Part shown: piece after piece, positions 25,501 to 36,931 of the stretch | Numbering within the stretch: position 1 is the first letter of the stretch | How the letters are laid out: the number at the start of each line of letters is the position of its first letter | DNA from: Camelus dromedarius | Lineage: Eukaryota | Length of the DNA: 64,000 nucleotides | Assembly: GCF_036321535.1 (NCBI RefSeq) | Contig: NC_087436.1 | Coordinates: 19,222,001 to 19,286,000, forward strand | Direction: 5' to 3' | Translations under genes and position numbers: made by a program | The notes under the pieces: generated by a model | What the model was told of the DNA's origin: nothing | Database searches by the model: none | What the model saw: only the letters and a program-made list of their open reading frames with translations

Positions 25501-27332
25501 TTTTCACTAGAACAAAGTTTAGAACTTGCATAGAGTCAGCCTATAAATATTAATGTGCCATCTCTGAAAAAGGAATAAGGTACAGATGGAAAAAAAGAGG
25601 CTTTTTGGTGAAGTCTATAAGTGCAGCAAGTTTGGGGGTCACGGTCTATGACTTCCACTTTCAGAGCTCACTATAGATGGTGACTAAGATTAAAGAAACT
25701 GATACCACCTCTATTTCTCTCTTTGCTATGCTCTCTGCCTTCAATCAGTTAACCATTGAAGGATATTACATTTTTTTAAAATGTGTCATTTTAACTAAAT
25801 TTATCTGAAAGTTGTGAGCTAAGTACATCCACTCTCTGTGTCACCTTAAGAGCACTAGCTTCAATTCCATTGTTCATCACCTTTAACAAACCCTTTGCAA
25901 TCTCACCATATGTACATTAATTTGCTTATGAATGAATACTATGTTCTACCATACTCTACACTATGTTCCAGTGAAAGTGGGGATGCCTGAGATCTATAAC
26001 CATTATGCAATGAGCTGGACTTTGACTTGGATTGCCATCAACAAAAATGCCTTGCAGCCTTGTACTTAGTAAAATCAGAAATAGGAGGACTAAGTATCTA
26101 TAGAGAAGATCAGAACAATTTTTCATCCCAGTCCTCAAGAATATATGGCTCTTCAGCATAAAGTAAATGAAGAGATTAAGAAGAGCTCATTTACTTTTAA
26201 AAAGAGCTTCTCCTTTACTTAAAGCAGCCATAGTTCAGGGGCAAGTGTTGTGGGATGGGGGGCGGGGTATGGAGAAAGTACATCAGAAGCAGAGCACAAG
26301 CAAACAGAGTAGAGAATGGTTGAATTTAGCATGACTGAGGAGCCCTGCAAGTCCTGAGAAACTGGAAGTTGCACAACTGAAAAAAGAGAGATGAGAAAAG
26401 TTCTGGGAACTGAAAGTCCTAACTCTAAGTAACTAAAGAGGTGAGAGAACTATTGAAAATGTAAAAGCACTGACTGCTAGGAAAATGTCATCACTAGAGA
26501 ACAGACTGCAAGTCCCAAATCCAGATATAACTTTAGCTATCTGTTTGCAGCTCAAAACTCAAATAATAAAGCTCTGTTTGGTTGTCAACTTTGATAACTA
26601 ATGTAGAAATTATGGGCGAATATTGTTTATTATTTTTTAAGGAAGGTGTTCATATCCTAGAAGTGTATCAGAAGTCAGGAAAAGAGGCAAACCATATGTC
26701 AGTCACAGTGCTTAGTATTAGATAAGCCAGACAAACTGTAAGTCTGAGGTCATTGAAAACTCAATTCTCATCTCTTTTTTAGCCCTGAATATTTGTGTGT
26801 GTGTGGTGAAGGAAAGTGCAGCATTTATTATAAGGCACCAATACAGGGAGAACGGGTGGCTTGTACTCAAAAACCCTGAACTCCAGACCTGAATTCCTTC
26901 ATGCCTATTTTTCAATGTGAATATGCAAAAAGTACCTTCTTCCTTAAAAGACATTAGTGAATTAATAAGTAGAAGCTGAAAATATATATACTTGAAGCTC
27001 TGTATGTATTTTATCATTACTTGCATTGCTTTTTTGGGGGGAAAGGGGGCTGAGAGGCAACTGCCTAGGTTAGACAAACTATTTTTAAATCCAAAAGACT
27101 CAAAGCAGTAATCATATGTTCATTACTACTCATTTTCCTGAAGTCAAAATTGAACACAGTTAATAAAATCAGTGTTTCACCAAAACCTCACTGTATATTT
27201 AACAGTTGCCTGCTATGTACTTTATCTAGGGAGGTGATTCTTGGGTGGCTGTAACAGCTGTGGGAACACAGTAAGAGAGATAGCCAGCTTTTGTCTACAG
27301 ACTCCATTGCCTTAAGAGACATTGAGATCAGC

Positions 27333-27402
27333 AGAGAGAAAGAAAGAAAGAAAGAAAAAGAAAGAAAGAGAGAAAGAGAGAAAGAGAGAAAGAGAGAAAG
27401 AG

Positions 27403-27485
<83 letters not shown>

Positions 27486-27487
27486 AA
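27333..27487 (+). repeat. Compound (GA)/(GAAA)n microsatellite, ~155-bp pure purine tract
   Basis: Directly visible in the sequence. Confidence 0.98.
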
Positions 27488-30345
27488 TTGCACTGATCCA
27501 ATAGATACACTGCTGAGAGCTTTATATTATATTCCTACCTCAGACATTGTACCACCATTAAATTCACACATTCAGGCCCTGGGAATCAAGCCAACCTGAC
27601 ATATAAGTTTGGCTAAAATAAATCTACTGTATTAGTTTTTGTGAAATTGATTAAGCTCTGTGGATTCCAGATCAGTTCTATTTTTCAAGCAGTCAAAGGC
27701 AAATAAACCCTAATGTAAGAGACAAAATGAGAAGACGACTGGCAGAGATAAAATTGAATTGTAGAGGGGGAAGCAAGCTGCTATAAGACATACTCTGAGC
27801 CAGAAAACAGCACAAGGTCATCGATTTGGCAGTTGTTTTGGGTATTTTTTTTTAATTTGCTAACAGGCAACATTTTTTTAAGCCTGTTAAGGAGACTGTC
27901 CATCACAAAGGCGTAATTTTAATCAGAATTCTTACAACACTTCCGAAATTCCTAAAGGCAATCAGCTCCACTCAAATTAGTAACTCAGATAAATCACCAT
28001 TAATTAGCTAATATAAGCCAGCAGGTGGTTTTGAGCCCAGAGACATTCCCTGGTTATTTAAATTATGTATACTACACCATACTAAAGAAAGAGTAAGTAA
28101 AAGGGAGCAAAGAGACAAGTCTATAAAAAAAAAAAAAAACTGTTTAGGGATAATACTCAACTAAAATCTCCTGCAACTTCCACGTCTTACCCAGAGGAAT
28201 ACAAGGCAGCCTTGACCCTCAATTCAAAAAAATATTACTCACCAACATCCAGCTCTCATTTCAACACTGATTATGTATGCAATGTACAAAGTGTGCATTG
28301 GAAGCTTACTTGAATATATTTGTTCTAGAAAGATTACTGATTACTAAAGAATAGGAGAGGAACAATTGTTTTTCAAGCATAATTTGCGACACAAGAGAAT
28401 CTTCTTCATAATCTTTATGCCCTTGTTTTCTTTAATTGACCTACTCTAATTTATGTAATTGAGGGTTATTTCCTAGACTATAAAAAGAGTTAGAGGCCCA
28501 GCATAGCCGCCCACCATCTAAGACTGTCTTTGCGATGGAATAGTTTAGAAGATGATTAGTTTGTATTGAAAATTCATCTGTGGATACAGGGGCAACTTTT
28601 CTTAATCCTGTTAAAGAGATATTCCTTTACATTCTTAAACAAATAGGGAAACTTTTTATACGCCAATCACAGAATAGTTTTTGGACAAAAACTACTGTTA
28701 GACTTCAGAGACCTAATTTTATTCTGTTCTGCTAATGCTGTTCATATTATGTATCATTTCAAACTTCATAGCTGTAATGTCTACTTACAGGATTTGGAAA
28801 ACAAGCATAAAAAAAAAAAATAGACCTCTAAACCTGACTAAAGACTTCACTAAAGAAAATCAGAGTCTGATTCTGTTCAAACATGAGAGTTGAATTTCCA
28901 TAAACTATAATTTGTTGAGTCAGGAGACATACATTCGTTTTAAGAAGACTAAAAGGCCTTTTAAATTGAAGCCTCCAGAAATAAACCAGCTCCTGTGATA
29001 GGCTCGACTTGGTTCTGGGTCCTTCTCCAAGCTCTCTGAGGACATGTGGTGCAGAACCTTAAATTTGTATCACAGTTATGCCTGGAACGGGCCAGAAACC
29101 AGACCAACCCATGAAACTGGGGAAGTGAGGAACAGTTCCCACCAGCATTTCTCTAAACATACTTTTATCTCAGTGGGAGAGGAAGAGAGACAACACCACT
29201 GCCCCCAACCCAACAACAACAGAAAAAAATGACCTGATATTAATATTTTTGTTTAAACTGAAATTGTCTGGAAAATACTTGTGAACCCTTATTTCACTGT
29301 GTTCGAATATTGGCCGCAGGATCAGACCAAAGGGCAAATCGTGACTACTTTAATTTCTCAAGTTCGAGTTCACCATCAAACGGCCCAACAGCTTCACAAA
29401 TACAAAGAGCTAACATTGTAATGTTAAGCCAGCTGGAAAATCGGCACCAAGTGTATGTGGAGTTTGAGACATTTTTAACATCCCTAGTTTTTCCATACAA
29501 CTCTCCATCCTTCTTTGAGCAAACTAACAAGTCCTACCTGCTGGTGCAGCCCTGCATGTTTCAGAGAAGCAAATGCTGGCTTGTTGCTGGCTTCATGTAA
29601 CCGTGCCCTTTGATATCTTTTTTTTTAAACTTTGTAATAATGCTGTGACTACTGCTGTTCACAAATATTTTATTTATAAAATCTATCCTCCCCTAGGGCT
29701 GGTACAGAGGATCTACAAGCTGAAGGCTAGTCTATAAACTCCACTCACTCTAGGGGCCTGAGCTTCTTTCTCTAACATCAATCGCTGAGCTGGGTGTTTA
29801 GACAGAGTAAACTAGCTGTGCTTCCCAACTGCAATAGAGAAAGCAAAGCATCTCTTTGCAAACAGGTTTTCCTGTTGTGGCATTCTTTAGACAGAACACA
29901 TTGAGAGAAAGCCATTGTGAGGTAGCAGGCCCCTTTCTGTCCATGGGAGTGCTAGAGGCCAGTACTAAAGGCCAGAGGAAAAAATGTTTATTAAAAAACC
30001 TATCACCACCTCTAGATTAGCATTTGAATAACAAACCTGAGGTCCTTCACACTATTGCCACGTGACTGTGCTGTTCCATAGGTTATTGAAAACACTGATG
30101 CAACATGATGCAAGAAAGACCTGGGGTCTCAAAAACACAAATATTGTTCCTATCAACTGTCGTTTCAGTGGCCTTCTGCCCCCGGAGTATTAGTAGGACT
30201 ATATTTAATAACTGAACTATGGTCTATATTTCAGACTTTAGCTAAACTTTACTTAATGGCCAAAACAGGAAGGAAAAGGCATTCTTCATTTCCTCTCTCT
30301 CTCGATTGCCTAGACAAGCTTTACCTGCTACAACCGGCAGAGAAT

Positions 30346-30374
30346 ACTGCCACGGCCAACCACTGGAGGTCAGC
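30346..30374 (+). promoter_or_regulatory. Candidate CTCF site in a small CpG-rich patch
   Basis: CCACTGGAGGTCAG (30360-30373) matches CCASYAGRKGGCRS at 12/14; an upstream TGC lies 9 nt before the core; CpGs are locally retained in 30334-30486. Confidence 0.4.
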
Positions 30375-31061
30375 TCCCGTGCGCCCAGCAGCGCGTGCCA
30401 GTCCCCGCTCCATGGCCAGGGGCGCTCTCCCTGCCTGCCCCGAGCCTTTGGTTCTTGCCAACAAATGTCTTCTTTCTCTCATTCGGCCCAGATTGCCCCC
30501 TGCCCTTTAGAAAAACACTCATCATAGAAACCATATACTTGTGTGATCTGTCTGCTCTCCTGATTTCCACAAAGAATGGTGATACATTAACAATAACAAA
30601 CCTTAAGAGCTAAAAGCAGAGTAATTGTGAATAATATCCTCTGTCCACATAATCTTCCATAAACAAGTAACTTATATCTGGTGATTTGCCACCAATTCTA
30701 AACAGTTCCATGAGATCATGAAAATGCCCATTCCTCTTGCTCCGTTCCTGCCTTACCCACCCGTCCACCAGCTTCTGCCACTGTCCTCCCCAGACCCTTC
30801 ATCCAATATCCCCAGATGTGCTTTTGGCACATGCTTTTGATCAAAATTGGTGATAGTCCAACACCCACACCAGGCATCTGGGTGTTAATGTTCAGTATTT
30901 GCTCTCTGGTTCTTGGTTTATTGATGGTGAATGACAGGGACTCTCTCTCCACTTTCCTCTTAATTTTTCAGATTTTTACTCCTAAAATATTACAGGATGG
31001 GGGACCACTCCCCATGTCCACCTCGAGTACCTCCCCACAGGGAGTGGCCACTTAGCCCACC

Positions 31062-31250
31062 ATTCATTCGTTCACTAAACTTGAGTACAAACCATAAGCC
31101 AGACATTTTTCAGGCCCCTGGAAGTATGACATGAATAAATAAAACACAATCCCTGCCATCAAAGGGCTCACATTCAGACGAGTAAGCAGATGACAGTATA
31201 TTTCCGTGGTTGATAAGACAGGCATACATCACACTTGGGAACACAGAGAC
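31062..31250 (-). mobile_element. L2 3' end
   Basis: CATTCATTCGTTCACTAAAC...AGCCAGACA...ATCCCTGCCATCAAAGGGCTCACATTC. Confidence 0.75.
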
Positions 31251-31404
31251 ATGCCCTCGTCCCACCCATCAGAGAGGGTTACTGACTCTCCACACTATGC
31301 TTAGAAAGTAACTCAATAACTGGGCTACACCCTTTGTGGGACTAGAATGTATATGAGAAGGCGGCTTGGGGAACTTCATTGGCATTTACTACATTAATCT
31401 CTTT

Positions 31405-31862
31405 TATTATTTTTTTTAGCAAAGTATAGTTGATTTGCAATATTGTGTCAGTTTCAGATGTACAGCAAAGGGATTCAGTTATACATGTATATGTATATAT
31501 ATCTATATTCTTTTTTCTATTCTTTTCCATTATACTTTATTACAAGATATTGAATATAGTTGCCTATGCTGTACAGTAGGACCTTGTTGTTTATCTACTT
31601 TAATTATGGTAGAATGCACCCATACTCCCAATTTATCCCTCCCCCTCTTCCCCTTTGGTAACCATGAGTTTGTTTTCTATGTTTGTGAGTCAGTTTCTGG
31701 TTTGTAAATAAGTTCATTTATTCATGTATCAACTACTTTTAGATTCCACAGGTAAATTTTATCATATAATGTTTGTCTTTCTCTGTCTGACTTACTTCAC
31801 TTAGTATGATAATCTCTAGGTCTATTCATGTTGCTGCAAATGGCATTATTTCATTCTTATTT
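31405..31862 (-). mobile_element. 5'-truncated L1 3' end (artiodactyl-type)
   Basis: T-rich tail, then AAAGTATAGTTGATTTGCAATATTGTG...CTCTAGGTCTATTCATGTTGCTGCAAATGGC. Confidence 0.92.
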
Positions 31863-31987
31863 ATTACATCAATACTTTTTATCCTGGGAAATCCATATTT
31901 GAAGACCTCTAGGTTCTACCTCTGCCGCTGTTTACCTGTTCACTGTTACTTCTCTCCTCTGCCTCCCCTCCGCAGCCTTGCTTCCCT

Positions 31988-32080
31988 TCACTCCCTCTCT
32001 CTTACCCTCTCTCTCTCAATCTCTGTCTGTCTCTCTCTCTATCTCTCTCTCTCTCTCACACACACATACATGTACACACA
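31988..32080 (+). repeat. Imperfect (CT)n-(CA)n microsatellite
   Basis: Directly visible in the sequence. Confidence 0.85.
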
Positions 32081-33679
32081 TATTCCAAACACATCTAATA
32101 AAAGCCAGTTTCGTTCAGAGTAAGGAGAAGCAACAACCAGATATGATGGGATAGTACTCCTACAGACATAGGGGTATTTCCTAGAATAAGGAAGATGTCA
32201 ATGCTCATTCGTTTCCCTCCCTGCTCTCTGAAGCCATTTGGCAGTATTCTTCCTTATTGATAAATAAGGCACTCTTATCGAAAAGACGCTCTTCCTTATT
32301 GATAAATCAAGTCTAGGTGACTTAGGTTTGTGGGCATTTGCTCCTCACAGTGGATGAATGCTCCAAATGTCCCTATTCCAGTCTGTTCCTTTGATTGACT
32401 GTTCCATGTGAGAGAAGCTCTCATGGTGCAATTTGTAGTTCTTTCTGTTCAGTCAATCCTAGGGGTAAAGCATGCACACTCTGCTGACTGACCAACTCAA
32501 TAACAGCCGCCTCCCCCTCGCTGGGACAATGCAGATGAAATGCTCTGTCAATTTAAATTGCTAGACGAATCTTGGTGTTTCCAAAGCTAAATAAGAAGCA
32601 AAAGGCCCAGCAGAAGGAGATCAAAGCAAACTATAATAATCCTCAAACTAGATGTACTTATTACCCTTTAATTGTCACTTGAAGGAAACTGATATGCTAA
32701 AGACATATGAGTGAAATTGGACTAAATATTTCTTTGAATGCCATAAAACTGAAGGGTGTCTTGTATTCCATGTTTTGTTGTATTAAAGACATGAAAAGAA
32801 AAAACAAAAAAACAGAAGAAGCAGTCTGGCTGTGCTGCTGGCTCACTGTTGAACTCTCTAAACCATCCACCTCTAATTCAACCTGACACTGCTAATTTTG
32901 GCATTAGAGTTTGAAATGAAAATCAATATCTGTTTTGAGCTTGAAAACAGAGTGACTGTACCTCAGGTAGAGCACGGCCAGGCACTTATTTTCAGTGATC
33001 TGTAAGGAAGGTAATAGAAATTTTCCAATTTGGAGCATTTAAAACACTTATTCGGATGAAATTCTGATTGCCTTGGTGGAATTCGCTATGAACTGCATTC
33101 TTTCTCCCTCTAAGAGGCCTATGATAAAATGCTTTCCAAACTTTCTTGCATGTTTTCTTTTTTAGAAAAATCTATGTTTCTGAGGCCATTTCCCATATGA
33201 GATTTAGAGACTGTCCCTTGCCTTCCTGCTAGGACAAAAGGTCTCCAGCTAATGTAGGTGGAGAGTAAAAGGCTCAGTCAGGGCCTGAGGACGGATTTCT
33301 CCTGTGATGTCAAGCTGAGATGTTAACTAGTACTTTTGCTGGAAGGAAAAAGTCCTATCGGAGGAATTTATTTTGCATTGCATTTTCTGTTGTCTTCTTT
33401 TGTTGTATATTACATTAAAATCTCTTCTGAAAAGAAAATTATGTCATTAAGAGATGTTTTATATAACCTAGCCTGTTCTAATCTAACCCTTACTTCAATC
33501 TAGTCCTCTGATGAGCTATTTTGTTTTAAAAAGAGGAAGAGAAGGGAGGAAAAGAAAGGAAAAAAGGGAAAGAGCAAGAAAGGAGGGAGGGAAGAAGGGA
33601 GGAAAGTTAGTTCACATAAAAATTTTTTTTAGTGTTTTGAAGTATTTCTTGTTTTTAATGCATTTATCTCTTCTTTCTT

Positions 33680-33845
33680 TATTATTATTTTTTAAGATTT
33701 GTATTTTTATAATTTTATTTTTGGGGGGAGGACGAGGTAATTGAGCTTATTTATTTATTTATCTTTAGAGGAGGCACTGGGGAGTGAACCCAGGACCTTG
33801 TGCATGCTAGGCATGTGCTCTACCACTTGAGCTATACCCTCCCCC
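33680..33845 (-). mobile_element. tRNA-derived SINE (camelid Vic-1-like)
   Basis: Minus strand reads GGGGGAGGGTATAGCTCAAGTGGTAGAGCACATGCCTAGCATGCACAAGGTCCTGGGTTCACTCCCCAGTGCCTCC (A and B boxes), then TAAATAAATAAGCTCAATTACCTC and an A-rich tail. Confidence 0.92.
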
Positions 33846-34489
33846 TCTTTTTTTTTTAAATGCAGTATTTCTTTTATTTCTAATGATTAGTTATATTTGC
33901 TGTATAAACTGAGTTCTGTACTCTTCCAGCTGTAAGGGATACGAGGATACCTTCCTCACAGAGAGAATGGAAAGAATCCTTGTGTCCCCCTCTAAAATTA
34001 TTGCATAGCTCCAGCAAAACACTTTCAACACTATTCCAAAAGTGCCACAAATAAATTTTTTTTAACCAAAATGTCACGTTCTTTACTACTCTGTATCATA
34101 TCTTAACTTTTTGCCGAGAAGCTCCACATATAGCTAGTAATACTTATACAGCATAATTTCCCCCAAATGCTTCATGAAAGATAAAGTAAAAAAGTATATG
34201 GTAAAGAGTAAAAGCGCCTTCCGCGCACGGATACTGTCTTGAGGAATGAGACTATCGCCAGCTTAGTATATATCCTCTCGGACACATTTCTATGCAGCTG
34301 AGTGTGTGGTTTGGTGTTTTTTCGTTTTGTTTTAAGTAAAATTGACCTACAACACTATGTTAATTTCCAGGTGTACAACAAAGTGATTCGCTATTTCTAA
34401 GCATTACAAAATGATCACCCCAACAAATCTAGTTATCATCTGTCACTGTACAAAGTTATTACGGTATTACTGCTGTATATTTAAAAATT

Positions 34490-34567
34490 TTTTGAATAGA
34501 AGTAACCAGGATTGAACCCAGGACCTAGTGCATGCTAAGCATGTGCTTTCATTTGCTATATCCTCCC
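34490..34567 (-). mobile_element. Short tRNA-derived SINE inside the L1 3'UTR
   Basis: GGATTGAACCCAGGACCTAGTGCATGCTAAGCATGTGCT...GCTATATCCTCCC. Confidence 0.85.
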
Positions 34568-34659
34568 TATTTCTTAAAAAAAATTTTCTTAACGGAGACC
34601 ATGCTGTACATTTTAAACCTGTGATTCATTTATTTTGCAACTGGAAGTATTTACCTCTT

Positions 34660-34822
34660 TTTTATTAATTGTTTATTTTTTTAATTTAATTTTTTTGACG
34701 TGGTGAGATAATTAGGTTTATTCATTTATTTATTTTTAGAGGAAGTACTTGGGATTGAACGCAGAACCTCCCTCATGCTAAGCATGCGCTCTACCACTTG
34801 AGCTATACCCTCCCCCTGCCGA
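34660..34822 (-). mobile_element. tRNA-derived SINE (Vic-1-like) inside the L1 3'UTR
   Basis: GGGATTGAACGCAGAACCTC...CTCTACCACTTGAGCTATACCCTCCCCC; TSD AAGTATTTACCTCTT (34645-34659) / AAGTTTTTACCTCTT (34823-34837). Confidence 0.92.
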
Positions 34823-36814
34823 AAGTTTTTACCTCTTAATCTCCCTTATCTATTTCACTCATCTTCCAACCCCCTCATCTCTGGCAACCACGTATTTGTT
34901 CTCTGTATCTGTGAATCTATTTCTATTTTGTTATGTTTGTTCATTTTTTCTTTTTTTTTTTTTCCAATATTCCACGTACAAGTGAAATTAAATAGTGCTT
35001 GGCTTTCTTTGACTTATTTCACTTAGCTTGATACATTCTAGATCCATTTGTCTTGTGCAAATGGCAAGATCTCATTCTTTTTATGGCTGAGTAATATTTC
35101 ATTATTTATATACCCATTCTTTATCCATTCATTTATTTATATATCTCTAGACACAGGTTGCTTCCATATCTTGTCTATTGTAAATAATGCTGCAATGAAC
35201 TTGGGGTGCATATATCTATTCAAATTTTGTTTGTTTGTTTGTTTTCTTTGGGAAAATACCCGGAAATGGAATTGCTCAATCATATGGTAATTCTACTTTT
35301 AAGTTTCTGAGGAACATTCATACAGTTTTTCACAGTGATTGTAACAATATACTTTCCTACCAACAGTGCACGAAAATTCTCTTTTATCCATATCCTCACT
35401 ACCACTTGTTATTTGTTGTCTTTTTGATGACAGCCATTCTGACAGGTATGAGGTGATATCTCGTGGTTTTGATTTTCATTTCCCTGATCACTAGTGACAT
35501 TGAGCATCTTTTCATGTGTCTGTTGGCCATCTATGTTTTCTCTTTGGAAAAATGTCTGTACAGTTCCTTTACCCATTTTTTAATTGGATTTTTTTTTTTT
35601 AATTTCAGTTGCATAAGTTCTTTGTATATTTTGGATATTAACCCCTTATGAGATACATCATTTGAAAATATCTTCCCCCATTTAGTAGGCTACCTTTTCA
35701 TATTGTTGATAGTTTGCTTTGCTGTGCAAAATCTTTTTAGTTTGCTGTAGTGCCATTTGTTTATTTTTGCTTTTGTTTCCCTTGCCTGAGGAGACATAGC
35801 CAGAAAAAATATTGCTGAGACCAATGACAAGGAGTGTACTGCCTGTGTTTTCTTCTAGGAGTTTTAGGTTTTCAATTCTTACATTTAAGTCTTTAATTCA
35901 TTTTGAATTTAGATACATGGTGTGAGAAAGTAGTCTGGTTTGATTCTTTTGTACGTAGCTGTTGAGTTGTCCCAACACCATTTATTGAAGAGACTATCCT
36001 TTCCTTGTTGTCTATTCTTGCTTCTTTGTCCTAGATTAATTGACCACATAAGCATATATTTGTTTCCTGGCTTTCATCCTGCTTGATTGATCTGTGTGTG
36101 TGTGTGTGAGAATGTGTGTGTGTGTTTGTGCCAGTACCATACTGTATGGATTATTGTAGCTTTGCATTATATTTTGAAATCAGTGTATGATACCTTCAGC
36201 TTTTTTGTTCTTTCTCAAGACTTTTTGGCAGTTCAGGGTCTTTTGTGATTCCATACAAATTTTAGAATTATTTTTTCTTATTCTGTGAAAAATGCCATTG
36301 ATATTTTGATAGGGATTGCACTGAATCTGTAGATATGGTCATTTAAATAATATTAATTTTTCCAATCCATGAGCCGCAGAATATCTTTCCATTTGTTTGT
36401 ATCATCTTCAGTTTTTTCCCATCAATGTCTTATAGTTTTATGGGTACAGATCTTTCGCCTCCTTGGATGGATTTATTCTGTTTGATATACCTGTAAATGG
36501 GATTGTTTTCTCCATTTCTCCTTCTGATATTTCATAGTTAGTGTACAGAAATGCAACAGATTTTGCATATTAATTTTGTGTCTTGAAATTTTACTGAATT
36601 AATTTATTAGTTCTAATAGTGTGGTGGCATCTTTAGGATTTCTCATACTGTTATAGTCAGAAAAGATACTGATATAATTTCAATCTTCTTTCTTTTATGA
36701 TTAGTTTTGTGATCTAACATGTGATCTATCCTGGAGAATGTTTGATGTGCACTTGAAAAGACCATATTCTGCTTTTGAATAGAATGTTCTATCTCTCTAT
36801 CTAACCTGAAAATA

Positions 36815-36884
36815 TTCTATCAATCAATCAATCAGTCTATCTATCTATCAATCTATCAATCTATCTACCTATCTATCTATCTAT

Positions 36885-36928
<44 letters not shown>
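36815..36928 (+). repeat. (TCAA)/(TCTA)n followed by a ~21-unit (TG)n microsatellite, within the L1
   Basis: Directly visible in the sequence. Confidence 0.95.

Positions 36929-36931
<3 letters not shown>

Noticed and set aside
27188..27599. Lys/Glu/Arg-rich and Phe/Leu/Ser-rich ORFs
   Set aside because: They are translations of the (GAAA)n microsatellite.
29310..29600. 96-aa ORF as a gene
   Set aside because: Non-ATG start, no recognisable domain, and no supporting splice or poly(A) structure.
30411..30427. Second CTCF site CATGGCCAGGGGCGCTC
   Set aside because: It is one G short of the required AGRKGGC spacing.
32248..32307. CRISPR-like repeat-spacer-repeat
   Set aside because: Only two 18-bp copies in mammalian DNA, with no cas genes.
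33765..33845. tRNA gene
   Set aside because: The A/B boxes belong to a SINE head with a SINE tail; diverged copies recur in the window and there is no intact acceptor stem.
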